A stretch of 32,000 bases of DNA from Vibrio cholerae ATCC 14035 (GTDB taxonomy: Bacteria; Pseudomonadota; Gammaproteobacteria; Enterobacterales; Vibrionaceae): positions 1 through 32,000 of the forward strand of contig NZ_JHXR01000029.1 of the NCBI RefSeq assembly GCF_000621645.1. Direction: 5' to 3'. The notes beneath the pieces were generated by a model. The model was not told the origin of the DNA. It did no database searches and worked only from the letters and a program-made list of their open reading frames with translations. Below, piece after piece: positions 1 to 9,221 of the stretch. Made by a program: the position numbers and the translations under genes. Each line of letters opens with the position of its first letter. The first letter of the stretch is position 1.

Positions 1-79
1 TCTCGTAAGAGAAACCCTTGATTGATGCGTTGGGAAAACGTCAGTTAAGTCTTTTCAAAATTGAAAAGAAAAACACCCT

Positions 80-164
<85 letters not shown>

Positions 165-248
165 TATTCTCTCGTAAGAGAAACCCTTGATTGATGCGTT
201 GGGAAAACGTCAATTAAGTCTTTTCAAAACTGAAAAGAAAAATACCCT

Positions 249-333
<85 letters not shown>

Positions 334-342
334 TATACAGAA

Positions 343-369
343 AGCCAGCTCATCGAGCTGGCTTTTTTG
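343..369 (+). terminator. Intrinsic terminator closing the tRNA-Tyr array
   Basis: Stem GCCAGCTC (344-351) pairs with GAGCTGGC (355-362) and is followed by TTTTTT (363-368). Confidence 0.8.
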
Positions 370-470
370 TTAGCTAAGCATTTTGCTGACCAAACTCAAG
401 GTTGAGAAAATAATCCATCCCTTGTCACCCACCCTGTCTATTTTCACTACCTATATTTTCCACTCTCCAT

Positions 471-496
471 AAAAAAGCCCCGACGATGCGGGGCTG
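471..496 (-). terminator. Intrinsic terminator downstream of treC
   Basis: Stem AGCCCCG (476-482) pairs with CGGGGCT (489-495). The A-run 471-476 on the plus strand gives a T-run after the hairpin on the minus strand, 16 nt past the treC stop. Confidence 0.75.
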
Positions 497-511
497 AAAA
501 GTGATTGAATC

Positions 512-2200
512 CTATAGGGGTGACTCAATCAGGATGATGCGTGTTTCGTATGGACGTAACACTTGGTGCGCCAACACGCGCTGTAATTCAATACCCGGAT
601 AGTTGCCTAGCAAGTAGAGCGCATCATCGAGCGGTAATTCTGGCAGAACGCATTCGGCTTCGTGACCGTAATAGTTATTCAAACAGATCAACACTTGTTT
701 CTGATTACGACGCTGATAAGCAAAAATCTCTTTATGCTCAGGCAACAAGTCGGTGTAATCACCGTCCGTAATCACCGCCACTTTCTTACGTAGCGATAGC
801 AAACGACGGTAGAAATAGAACACCGAATGCGGGTCTTCTAACGCGGCCTGTGCATTGATTTCAGGATAGTTATGCGCCACTTCAATCCAAGGTTCTCCAC
901 GAGTAAATCCAGCGTTGAGACTGGCATCCCACTGCATTGGCGTGCGTGAATTATCACGAGATTTTTGCGCCAAAATCGCCAGCATGTCACTTTCAGAGAC
1001 ACCTTGTTGCTGCACCATGATTTGGTGAATGTTGATGCTTTCCACATCGCGATACTGCTTGATCGACGTAAAGCCAGGGTTGGTCATTCCAATCTCTTCA
1101 CCTTGGTAGATATAAGGTGTGCCTTGCATTAGGTGAATGGTGGCCGCCAGCATTTTGGCTGACTCAACTCGGTACTGCTGATCATCACCTAAACGGCTCA
1201 CAATTCGCGGCTGATCATGGTTACACCAAAACAGCGCGCCCCATCCTTTGCCATTCAGCCCCGTTTGCCAATGATTGAAAATTTGCTTGAGTTGCAGAAA
1301 ATCAAACGGCGCTTTCGTCCACTTTTCGCCATTCGGATAATCGACTTTCAAATGATGGAAATTAAACACCATAGAAAGCTCTCGACCATCGAGCGCAGAA
1401 TATTGTTGGCAATGTTCTAAGGTGGTTGAAGACATTTCGCCGACGGTTACGCTGCCATAACGCTGGAAAACATCACGGCTGATCTCTTGCAGATACTCAT
1501 GCACTCTTGGGCCATCGGTGTAAAAACGACGACCATCACCGATGTCATCATTGGTAAAATCTTGTTGCTTGGAAATGAGGTTAATCACGTCAAGTCGGAA
1601 GCCATCGACACCTTTTTCAGCCCAAAATCCGATGATGTTTTTTACTTCTTCTCGAACTTGCGGATTTTCCCAGTTCAAATCGGCCTGCTCTTTGGCAAAC
1701 AGATGCAAATAATACTCACCGGTCGCTTCATCCAGCGCCCACGCACTCCCGCCAAATTTGGATTGCCAGTTGTTCGGCACACCACCGTTAACCGGCTTAC
1801 GCCAAATATAGTAATCACGGTAAGGGCTATTGCGATCGCCCAATGCAGATTGGAACCAAGCGTGTTCGGTTGAGGTGTGGTTAACCACGATATCCATGAT
1901 GATGCGCATACCACGACGATGGGCTTCTTTCAGCAGTTGTTCGAAATCTTGCATCGTGCCAAAGTCTGGATTAATCGCGTAATAATCGGCAATGTCATAC
2001 CCATTATCGACCATAGGCGATTGATAAATCGGCGTCAGCCAAATCGCTTCAATCCCAAGCTTTTGCAAATAATCGAGCTTGCTGATAATGCCTTGCAGAT
2101 CGCCCACGCCCTTCGCGCCACTATCGCAAAAACTTTTCGGATAAATTTGATAAATTGCAGCGGTTTTCCACCAAGGCATGGATTGGGTTGAGCTACTCAT
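512..2200 (-). CDS. treC: Trehalose-6-phosphate hydrolase (alpha,alpha-phosphotrehalase), GH13
   Basis: 562-aa ORF with GH13 hallmarks (WWKTAAIYQIYPKSF, GFRLDVINLISK, GEMSSTT, NHDQPR). It sits immediately downstream of the trehalose PTS gene, as in the E. coli treBC operon. Confidence 0.93.
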   Translation of the reverse strand: MSSSTQSMPWWKTAAIYQIYPKSFCDSGAKGVGDLQGIISKLDYLQKLGIEAIWLTPIYQSPMVDNGYDIADYYAINPDFGTMQDFEQLLKEAHRRGMRIIMDIVVNHTSTEHAWFQSALGDRNSPYRDYYIWRKPVNGGVPNNWQSKFGGSAWALDEATGEYYLHLFAKEQADLNWENPQVREEVKNIIGFWAEKGVDGFRLDVINLISKQQDFTNDDIGDGRRFYTDGPRVHEYLQEISRDVFQRYGSVTVGEMSSTTLEHCQQYSALDGRELSMVFNFHHLKVDYPNGEKWTKAPFDFLQLKQIFNHWQTGLNGKGWGALFWCNHDQPRIVSRLGDDQQYRVESAKMLAATIHLMQGTPYIYQGEEIGMTNPGFTSIKQYRDVESINIHQIMVQQQGVSESDMLAILAQKSRDNSRTPMQWDASLNAGFTRGEPWIEVAHNYPEINAQAALEDPHSVFYFYRRLLSLRKKVAVITDGDYTDLLPEHKEIFAYQRRNQKQVLICLNNYYGHEAECVLPELPLDDALYLLGNYPGIELQRVLAHQVLRPYETRIILIESPL

Positions 2201-2243
2201 ACTACTCTCACTTACTCAAAAAAATTGACTCAAAAACAGAGAA

Positions 2244-2265
2244 AGGAGTGGCGTAAACCACTCCT
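2244..2265 (-). other. Intercistronic hairpin between treB and treC (possible partial terminator or mRNA-processing site)
   Basis: AGGAGTGG (2244-2251) pairs with CCACTCCT (2258-2265) around a 6-nt loop. On the minus strand the hairpin is followed by TTCTCTGTTTTTGAG. Confidence 0.4.
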
Positions 2266-2279
2266 CAATCGGGTAGAGA

Positions 2280-3716
2280 TTAGGCAGCCGAAACGGCCAG
2301 TTTGCCTGAACTCTGTGCGCGCTTGTACATCAGCAGAGTCAATGCTGCGGGTACCAAAATCGCAATTAGCATGGCGACGAGGTAAATACTCCAAAACTGC
2401 GGCTGAATCGAGAGAATACCCGGCAAGCCGCCGACACCGATACCATTGGCCATTACACCTGCGCTACCACAGACTGCGGCAGCCAAAGCACTGCCGATCA
2501 TTGCGCTCAGCATAGGGAATTTGTATTTAAGGTTGATACCGTACATCGCAGGTTCAGTTACACCAAGGTAAGCGGAAATCGCCGCCGGTACAGAAATGTC
2601 CCGTTCGCCCTGCTTTTTACTGATGATAATGATGCCCACTACTGCCGATGCTTGCGCAATGTTAGATAGCGCGATCAATGGCCAAATCGGCGTACCACCA
2701 AGCTCTTGCATCAGCTGCAGATCCACCGCGTTAGTGGTGTGGTGAATGCCGGTAATCACGAGAGGAGCATACATGAAGCCAAACAGCGTCGAACCAATCA
2801 CCGCGAAATCACCCGTCATTGCCGCTTTCGCTGCAAATGCCACACCATCACCAATCACGCGACCAAATGGGCCGATGAAGGCGTGAGCAAGCACCACTGA
2901 CACAATGATTGATACAAACGGCACCACTACCAGATAGAGGTAAGAAGGCACCACACGTCTTAAATTATTTTCAATAAAGGCTAATGCCACACCAGCCAAG
3001 ATAGCGGGGATAACCTGAGCTTGGTAACCCACTTTTTCAATCGCAAACAGCCCGAAATCCCATACTTCTGGCACTTCTTTACCGATCAGGTAAGCGTTCA
3101 TCAATTGCGGAGAAACCTGTGTTACCCCAAGGGTAATACCGAGGATTGGGGTACCGCCAAGTTTTTTCACGGTTGACCAGCAGACACCGACAGGTAAGAA
3201 GAAGAAAATCGCTTCGCCAATCAGCCACAAGAACGCATGAACCGATGCCCAAAACTGACTGATTTCAGTCAGCGTTTTGCCATCAAACATGCGAATGTCA
3301 CCTATCACATTACGAAAACCGAGGATCAAACCACCGGTGATGATCGCAGGCAGCAGTGGCACAAAAATTTCAGCCAAATGGGAAATACCACGCTCTAGCA
3401 CATTCATGTTTTGACGCGCTGCGACTTTGGCATCGTCTTTGGAAACGGCTTGTTTCCCGGTTTGTTCCAGCAGCATTTTGTACACTTGATCAACTTCAGT
3501 GCCAATGACTACCTGAAATTGCCCCGCATTGGTAAAGCAGCCCTTTACCATGCTCAGCGCTTCCAAACCCGCCTTGTCAGCCTGCTCTGGCTGATTCAGC
3601 ACAAAGCGTAAGCGTGTCAAACAGTGAGTAACGCTCGCAATATTGCTTTCGCCTCCCACCAATTCGATAAGACGCGTCACGTCTTGTTTCGCTATCTTGC
3701 TCATATCCTCGTCCAC
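2280..3716 (-). CDS. treB: PTS trehalose-specific EIIBC component
   Basis: 478-aa ORF. The N-terminal EIIB motif is ASVTHCLTRLRF with a phosphorylatable Cys, followed by a polytopic EIIC. It is flanked by treC and a treR-like repressor. Confidence 0.92.
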   Translation of the reverse strand: MDEDMSKIAKQDVTRLIELVGGESNIASVTHCLTRLRFVLNQPEQADKAGLEALSMVKGCFTNAGQFQVVIGTEVDQVYKMLLEQTGKQAVSKDDAKVAARQNMNVLERGISHLAEIFVPLLPAIITGGLILGFRNVIGDIRMFDGKTLTEISQFWASVHAFLWLIGEAIFFFLPVGVCWSTVKKLGGTPILGITLGVTQVSPQLMNAYLIGKEVPEVWDFGLFAIEKVGYQAQVIPAILAGVALAFIENNLRRVVPSYLYLVVVPFVSIIVSVVLAHAFIGPFGRVIGDGVAFAAKAAMTGDFAVIGSTLFGFMYAPLVITGIHHTTNAVDLQLMQELGGTPIWPLIALSNIAQASAVVGIIIISKKQGERDISVPAAISAYLGVTEPAMYGINLKYKFPMLSAMIGSALAAAVCGSAGVMANGIGVGGLPGILSIQPQFWSIYLVAMLIAILVPAALTLLMYKRAQSSGKLAVSAA

Positions 3717-3743
3717 CCTATTGAATTATTATCATTGCAGCAA

Positions 3744-3759
3744 TTGGGAACAGTCCCAA
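3744..3759. promoter_or_regulatory. Candidate TreR (LacI-family) operator 1
   Basis: Palindrome TTGGGA-ACAG-TCCCAA, 28-43 bp upstream of the treB start codon. Confidence 0.55.
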
Positions 3760-3799
3760 ATCAATTGGTGCGATATTGACACAATGCATAACAGATAAA

Positions 3800-3817
3800 A
3801 ATGGGAACAATCCCATT
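3800..3817. promoter_or_regulatory. Candidate TreR (LacI-family) operator 2
   Basis: Palindrome AATGGGA-ACAA-TCCCATT has the same GGGAAC..TCCC core as operator 1. An extra half-site AATGGGAT lies at 3823-3830. Confidence 0.55.
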
Positions 3818-3888
3818 AATTAAATGGGATCACACTGTGCGTTATTTATGCGTCAATTTAGTGTAGTAAAAAGAGAGGCAAAATCACG

Positions 3889-3910
3889 AAAGTGGCGAAA
3901 AAGCCACTGA
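3889..3910 (-). terminator. Weak hairpin downstream of treR
   Basis: AGTGGC (3891-3896) pairs with GCCACT (3903-3908). The minus-strand tail TTCGTGATTTT is interrupted, so this is weak. Confidence 0.3.
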
Positions 3911-3952
3911 TGAGGAGCCGAATGAAAGCACCGAATTAAAGAAAGAATAGGC

Positions 3953-4903
3953 TTAGCGTGACACTGGCATTTGGGTCAAATGCACACAGCCATGGTCAGA
4001 GCCGCATAGCTGCTCAATCAGCAGATCTGCCGCCAGTTTTCCGGCCTCACGATAACCAGGATCGACACTGAATATGTTCGGAAACAGGAAAGAGAGCAAC
4101 TCATTACCACCCACCCCCGTCACCACTACGTCATCTCGCTGCAGCTCTTGCAAACGCTTAATCACACCGAGCGCCAAAGTATCACTCGCGCACACAATCG
4201 CTTGGGTTTGCTCAGTCAGCACTTTATCTACCAGCAGATAAGCACTTTCATGATGCAGTTGTCCGGTTTGGTAATTCGCCACAATCTCATGCTCAACACA
4301 CCAATTGAGATAGGCGTTGAGCCGCTGCTCACCCGTGGTTTTGTCACGTGGGTCGACCCCAATGAAGGCAATATCGCGTAACTGTTTTTGTGCCAAATGC
4401 TGCAGCGCACGCTCAATCACCCCAGCATTGTCATAATTGATAGAGGAAATCTCATCACTGTGCATGGCCAAGAGTACACAGCGGTGCTGCCAACTGAGCA
4501 AGGCATCATGATCGATATCGGTAAAGCCAAACACAATGACGCCATCCACTTGCCGCTTGGCGAGCACTTTTAAGTGAGCATTGGTTTTTTCGCGGCTAAA
4601 TTGGCTTTCCATGATCACCACATCGTAGCCGTGAGCATAGAAAGCTTGCAGCATAGTACTGACTGCTTTGTTTTCAGAAGGGGAATCCAGACGTGAAATA
4701 ATGATGCCCACGACTTTCTGACTACCACCACGCATGGTTTGTGCCGATTTAGAGGGCACATACCCCGACTCTGCAATCACCTGCTCTACTTTAGCGCGGG
4801 TTTCAGGCTTCACTTTAGGATCATTGGTTAACACGCGCGAAACGGTAGATTTACCGACGCCTGAGAGTCTAGCAATGTCTAAAATAGTCAGTTTTCGATT
4901 CAT
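3953..4903 (-). CDS. treR: Trehalose operon repressor, LacI family
   Basis: The HTH MNRKLTILDIARLSGVGKSTVSRVL matches the E. coli TreR N-terminus and is followed by a periplasmic-binding-protein fold. I place the start at the internal Met (4903), not the track start 4957, because homologues begin directly at the HTH. Confidence 0.88.
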   Translation of the reverse strand: MNRKLTILDIARLSGVGKSTVSRVLTNDPKVKPETRAKVEQVIAESGYVPSKSAQTMRGGSQKVVGIIISRLDSPSENKAVSTMLQAFYAHGYDVVIMESQFSREKTNAHLKVLAKRQVDGVIVFGFTDIDHDALLSWQHRCVLLAMHSDEISSINYDNAGVIERALQHLAQKQLRDIAFIGVDPRDKTTGEQRLNAYLNWCVEHEIVANYQTGQLHHESAYLLVDKVLTEQTQAIVCASDTLALGVIKRLQELQRDDVVVTGVGGNELLSFLFPNIFSVDPGYREAGKLAADLLIEQLCGSDHGCVHLTQMPVSR

Positions 4904-4967
4904 GCGTTTGTATTGGTATTCATTGATAAGAAAAGAATGAGCGGTCAATAAGGCCACTGACGCGACC

Positions 4968-5528
4968 TTATTTTTTCACTCGCAGTAGATAATGAGGCAC
5001 ATCGCGAATGCTATCGAGCACCACGGTCGCTAAGGCTTCACCTTGCTCTGTGATTGGCTTACCGGTGCGCACCAAAATCTTAGTGCCTACACCCGCCGCT
5101 TCAGCTGCCATCATATCTTCGGCTTTATCACCGACCATCACCGAATTGGCCATGTCGATGTTCAGGAAATCGCGCGCCGAGAGAAACATGCCCGGCTTAG
5201 GTTTGCGGCAATCACACTCTTCTTTGTATTGCCCAATGCCATGTTCAGCATGGTGCGGACAATAATAGATACCATCAAACTCAACGCCATTATCGGCAAA
5301 GTTCCAGTCCATCCACTGGGTGAGAGAAATGAAACGCTCTTCGCTAAATTTGCCACGCGCAATACCGGATTGGTTGGTAACCAGCACCAACAAATACCCC
5401 ATACGCTGCAAAGCCGCAGTCGCTTCAAATACACCTTCAATAAATTGGAAATCGTGCTCATCATGCACGTAACCATGATCGACGTTGATCACGCCATCAC
5501 GATCAAGAAATACGGCGGGTTTGGCCAA
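4968..5528 (-). CDS. gmhB: D-glycero-beta-D-manno-heptose-1,7-bisphosphate 7-phosphatase (HAD family)
   Basis: 186 aa with the HAD motif FLDRDGVIN and the Zn-binding CxH...CxC loop (YYCPHH...CDCRKP). It is divergent from metNIQ, exactly as in E. coli. Confidence 0.92.
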   Translation of the reverse strand: MAKPAVFLDRDGVINVDHGYVHDEHDFQFIEGVFEATAALQRMGYLLVLVTNQSGIARGKFSEERFISLTQWMDWNFADNGVEFDGIYYCPHHAEHGIGQYKEECDCRKPKPGMFLSARDFLNIDMANSVMVGDKAEDMMAAEAAGVGTKILVRTGKPITEQGEALATVVLDSIRDVPHYLLRVKK

Positions 5529-5648
5529 AATGCTGTCTCTTTCAAGTCACTTTGCGCGAATTATTGCACGCTTTATTTTTTTCATCACTATCTATATTTT
5601 TTTCGTCACTATCTAATAACCTTCTCGTCTAATCACTCATAACCATTT

Positions 5649-5664
5649 AGACGTCTAGACGTAA
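5649..5664. promoter_or_regulatory. Two tandem MetJ boxes (AGACGTCT AGACGTAA)
   Basis: The first 8-mer matches the metbox consensus AGACGTCT perfectly. The second matches 6/8 and abuts it directly. The pair lies 10 bp upstream of a TTGACT(5674-5679)-N17-TAGCAT(5697-5702) promoter candidate for metN. Confidence 0.75.
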
Positions 5665-5763
5665 AAATATCTATTGACTTAAACTCAGCAAGCCCATAGC
5701 ATCGACTACCAATTGAGGAAGAGGCCAACAGATTATTCTGCCTCGAGCAGTACAGGGTTGCAC

Positions 5764-6798
5764 ATGATTGAGATTAAAAGCGTAAATAAGGTGTTCTATC
5801 AGGGGGATAAACAAATCCACGCCCTGAAAGACATCAATTTATTCATTCCACAGGGTACGATTTTTGGGGTGATTGGCTCATCCGGTGCCGGAAAAAGTAC
5901 GCTGATCCGTTGTGTCAACATGCTAGAAAAACCGACCAGCGGCCAAGTGATTGTCGATGGTGTAGATCTCACCACGCTCAGTAATCCACAACTGTGCGCA
6001 GCCCGCCGTAACATAGGTATGATTTTCCAGCATTTTAATCTGCTTTCATCACGCACTGTGTTTGAAAACGTAGCTCTGCCACTTGAGTTAGCGGGTCAAT
6101 CACAACAGCATATCGAAACGAAAGTGACTGAATTGCTGACCCTAGTTGGTCTCTCTGAGAAAAGAGAGAGCTACCCGGCGAATCTGTCAGGCGGCCAGAA
6201 GCAACGTGTCGCGATTGCCCGCGCTTTGGCAAGCGATCCCAAAGTCTTGCTGTGTGATGAAGCCACCAGCGCGCTGGATCCAGCAACGACTCAGTCAATT
6301 TTAGAACTGCTTAAAGAGATTAACCGTCAGCTTAACCTGACCATTTTGCTGATTACCCATGAAATGGATGTGGTGAAAAGCATCTGTCACGAAGTGGCGA
6401 TCATTGGTGGCGGTGAGCTGGTTGAGAAAGGCACGGTCGGCGATATTTTTGCCCACCCGAAAACCGAGTTGGCACATCAATTCATCCGCTCAACGTTGGA
6501 TTTATCGATTCCTGAAGATTACCAAGTGCGCTTACAGCCAACTCGCGTGGCAGGCAGCTACCCACTGGTGCGTTTGGAATTTACCGGCGCTACCGTGGAT
6601 GCACCGCTGATGACGCAAATTGCTCGCAAATACAACATTGATGTCAGCATTCTTAGCTCAGATCTGGATTACGCCGGCGGCGTGAAGTTTGGCATGATGG
6701 TCGCTGAAATTTTTGGTAATGCCGACGATGATGAAGCCGCGATTCGTTATCTGCGCGAAAACAACGTTAAAGTAGAGGTGCTGGGTTATGTCCTTTAA
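5764..6798 (+). CDS. metN: Methionine ABC transporter ATP-binding protein
   Basis: Contains Walker [10 protein letters not shown], the signature [15 protein letters not shown], Walker [12 protein letters not shown] and a C-terminal NIL/ACT-like domain. The start is moved to ATG 5764 (MIEIKSVNK), which gives 344 aa versus the E. coli size of about 343. The track start at 5713 is a TTG. Confidence 0.93.
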   Translation: MIEIKSVNKVFYQGDKQIHALKDINLFIPQGTIFGVIGSSGAGKSTLIRCVNMLEKPTSGQVIVDGVDLTTLSNPQLCAARRNIGMIFQHFNLLSSRTVFENVALPLELAGQSQQHIETKVTELLTLVGLSEKRESYPANLSGGQKQRVAIARALASDPKVLLCDEATSALDPATTQSILELLKEINRQLNLTILLITHEMDVVKSICHEVAIIGGGELVEKGTVGDIFAHPKTELAHQFIRSTLDLSIPEDYQVRLQPTRVAGSYPLVRLEFTGATVDAPLMTQIARKYNIDVSILSSDLDYAGGVKFGMMVAEIFGNADDDEAAIRYLRENNVKVEVLGYVL

Positions 6799-7465
6799 TA
6801 CGATTGCACAATGGTTTGCACTCAATAGTGACCTACTGTTAACCGCCACATGGCAAACACTGTATATGGTCGCGATTGCCGGTGCGGTGGGTTTTGCGCT
6901 CGGGATTCCGCTAGGAGTGATTCTCCATACCACCAAAAAAGAGGGCTTACTGGAAAACCTACCGCTGAACCGTGCGCTCGGCGCCGTGGTTAACATCGGT
7001 CGCTCGGTACCCTTTTTGGTGTTGATGGTCGCCATCATTCCTGTCACCAAACTGATTGTCGGCACTTTTATCGGTACCACTGCGGCCATTGTGCCACTCA
7101 CGATTGGGGCGATTCCGTTTGTAGCGCGCCTGATTGAGAGTGCGCTGCTTGAAGTGCCAACCGGCTTAGTGGAAGCGGCGCAATCTATGGGTGCGACGCC
7201 ACTACAAATCATTCGTAAGGTACTGCTGCCTGAAGCGCTACCGACGATTTTAAACTCAGTCACGATTACTCTCGTGACACTGGTCAGCTACTCAGCCATG
7301 GCGGGTACCGTTGGCGGTGGTGGTCTGGGCGATGTGGCGATCCGCTATGGATTCCACCGTTACGACATCACCATCATGGCGGTCACTGTGGTCATGCTGA
7401 TTGTGCTGGTACAAATTATTCAATCCATCGGCGATGCGTTGGTACGCCGCGTCGATCATCGATAA
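6788..7465 (+). CDS. metI: Methionine ABC transporter permease
   Basis: 225-aa polytopic permease that overlaps the metN stop by 11 nt. It occupies the expected position in the conserved metNIQ order. Confidence 0.92.
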   Translation: MSFNTIAQWFALNSDLLLTATWQTLYMVAIAGAVGFALGIPLGVILHTTKKEGLLENLPLNRALGAVVNIGRSVPFLVLMVAIIPVTKLIVGTFIGTTAAIVPLTIGAIPFVARLIESALLEVPTGLVEAAQSMGATPLQIIRKVLLPEALPTILNSVTITLVTLVSYSAMAGTVGGGGLGDVAIRYGFHRYDITIMAVTVVMLIVLVQIIQSIGDALVRRVDHR

Positions 7466-7501
7466 GCAAAACAAAAGCCTTTTTTGAACAAGGGGTTCAT
7501 C

Positions 7502-8311
7502 ATGAAGTTTAGCCTGAAAAGTTTACTGACTATCGCTGCTGCAGCCTCAACCCTAATTTTGGTCGGCTGCGGTGAAAAAGCCGTAGATAACAACAAAGTG
7601 AAAATTGGTGTTATGGCGGGTGCGGAAGCACAAGTGGCAGAAGTGGCAGCCAAAGTGGCTAAAGAAAAATACAATCTGGATGTCGAACTGGTGACTTTTA
7701 CCGATTACGTAACACCAAACGCGGCATTGGATGACGGTTCTATCGATGCGAACGCATTCCAACACAAACCTTATCTGGATAAGCAAATCGCCGATCGTGG
7801 TTACAAGCTAGCGATCGTTGGCAACACCTTTGTTTACCCGATCGCGGGCTACTCAAAACAGATCAAATCGGTTGATGAACTACAAGATGGCGCGCGCATT
7901 GCGGTTCCAAACGATCCAACTAACCTAGGTCGCTCACTGCTGCTGTTGCAACAACAAGGTCTGCTCAAACTGCGTGAAGATGTTGGCCTACTGGCAACCG
8001 TACGTGACATCGTTGAAAATCCGAAGAAACTTGAGATTCTCGAATTGGATGCTGCGCAGCTACCACGTTCACTGGATGATGTGGCTCTGTCTATCATCAA
8101 TACCACTTACGCGAGCTCAATCAACCTGACCCCAGAAAAAGATGGCATCTTCGTTGAAAACAAAGAGTCACCTTACGTCAATATTTTGGTTGCCCGTGAA
8201 GCAAACGTGAACGCCGAAAACGTACAAAACTTCAAGAAAGCCTACCAAACCGATGAAGTCGCTAAAGCCGCGTCTGAAATCTTCCAAGGTGGCGCAGTAA
8301 AAGGTTGGTAA
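7502..8311 (+). CDS. metQ: Methionine-binding lipoprotein (NlpA family)
   Basis: Signal peptide plus lipobox LILVGC, followed by an NlpA/MetQ fold. ATG 7502 is preceded by AAGGGG (7490-7495). The track start at 7484 is a TTG. Confidence 0.92.
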   Translation: MKFSLKSLLTIAAAASTLILVGCGEKAVDNNKVKIGVMAGAEAQVAEVAAKVAKEKYNLDVELVTFTDYVTPNAALDDGSIDANAFQHKPYLDKQIADRGYKLAIVGNTFVYPIAGYSKQIKSVDELQDGARIAVPNDPTNLGRSLLLLQQQGLLKLREDVGLLATVRDIVENPKKLEILELDAAQLPRSLDDVALSIINTTYASSINLTPEKDGIFVENKESPYVNILVAREANVNAENVQNFKKAYQTDEVAKAASEIFQGGAVKGW

Positions 8312-8345
8312 TCGCCATTTCTAATGGTCTTCCCGCTTTAAAACA

Positions 8346-8376
8346 GAAAAGGTTGGCGCTACGCCAACCTTTTTTA
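8346..8376. terminator. Bidirectional intrinsic terminator between metQ and the convergent Zn-ribbon gene
   Basis: GGTTGGCG (8350-8357) pairs with CGCCAACC (8361-8368). It is flanked by AAAA upstream and TTTTTT downstream. Confidence 0.8.
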
Positions 8377-8443
8377 TTACTGAGTGCTTTGAATACGAAT
8401 AGAGAAAAGATGAATGCGGGGGCATGAAGGTGCATCCAGCACT

Positions 8444-9220
8444 CTATTTCAAGTGATCCCAAGAAATATTGGAGACAATTCGGCACGGCTCACAACGGAA
8501 ATGGAAGATGTCGTGCAGTGGCTCATCCAATAACCACTCTCCGCCGCACTTAGGGCAAGGGCGCGCTTTTTCTTGCGCAAGGCTACTGCCACCAACCCGA
8601 TACTGATAGTAATAGGTTGGCACTTGAGTCAAAAATTCAATCCGGCCACGCAGATCCCAACCTCGTCGGAACAAATCACTATCCACATCGCAAATCTCAT
8701 GCAGCGCAGCATGCTCCGCTTTGCACGCTCCGGCCATTTGCAATTCATCACACGCTTGCCATTCAGTTTGCCATTTGATCACCGCTTTGTGATCACCATT
8801 AAAAGTCGGCGGATTACGATACAGAGGAATAGGCAACAGACTTTCACCGCTGCGCAGTGGTGAACACGTGTGCACATAGGTGGTGTATAGCACCTGCCAA
8901 CTCGGCATTTCCACTTCTGCGGCTTGTTCTGAGTTGATGTCTAACCCCAGAATGCGAACTTTCGGCGCGAGCAAACTGGCCTCACTTAAACGGCTCACAC
9001 AAGCTTCAACGTATTCGGAATGAAATTTCGGGTGCAGGCTCTCTTTTTCAGGACAGACGGCGCGCACGTAAAACACTCCGTCACCGAGCACAATCGGGAA
9101 CTCACGCCCCAATACTTGTCCGTTATAGCGCAGCGCATCCATCAAGCCGTTGATGGCTTTATCCACGGCGCTGATGGTGGTGTTATCAAAACACTCAAAC
9201 TCCAACTCAACCACGTACAT
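8444..9220 (-). CDS. Conserved hypothetical Zn-ribbon protein (DUF2310-like; family name from memory)
   Basis: 258-aa ORF with a C-terminal CPKCGG...(19 aa)...CEPC four-Cys ribbon. Its ATG lies 1 nt after the syd stop codon. Confidence 0.8.
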   Translation of the reverse strand: MYVVELEFECFDNTTISAVDKAINGLMDALRYNGQVLGREFPIVLGDGVFYVRAVCPEKESLHPKFHSEYVEACVSRLSEASLLAPKVRILGLDINSEQAAEVEMPSWQVLYTTYVHTCSPLRSGESLLPIPLYRNPPTFNGDHKAVIKWQTEWQACDELQMAGACKAEHAALHEICDVDSDLFRRGWDLRGRIEFLTQVPTYYYQYRVGGSSLAQEKARPCPKCGGEWLLDEPLHDIFHFRCEPCRIVSNISWDHLK

Positions 9221-9221
9221 C

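Noticed and set aside
4904-4957. N-terminal extensions suggested by the longest-ORF track (treR; likewise metN 5713, metQ 7484, syd 9818, queF 9849, ppnN 14869, xni 16281, thiI 20660)
   Set aside because: Most begin at TTG or other unsupported codons and add residues absent from homologues. The internal ATGs reproduce the conserved N-termini and, in several cases, have a proper SD.
5043-5642. 199-aa plus-strand ORF
   Set aside because: It is antisense to gmhB and runs into the T-rich intergenic region. It has no motifs, while the gmhB frame has clear HAD phosphatase signatures.
6658-7263. 201-aa minus-strand ORF
   Set aside because: It is entirely antisense to metN/metI, with the Ala/Ser/Thr/Gly-rich composition typical of the reverse frame of a real gene and no recognisable domain.
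8262-8486. 74-aa minus-strand ORF spanning the metQ 3' end
   Set aside because: It crosses the bidirectional terminator at 8346-8376 and overlaps two real genes, so it is spurious.
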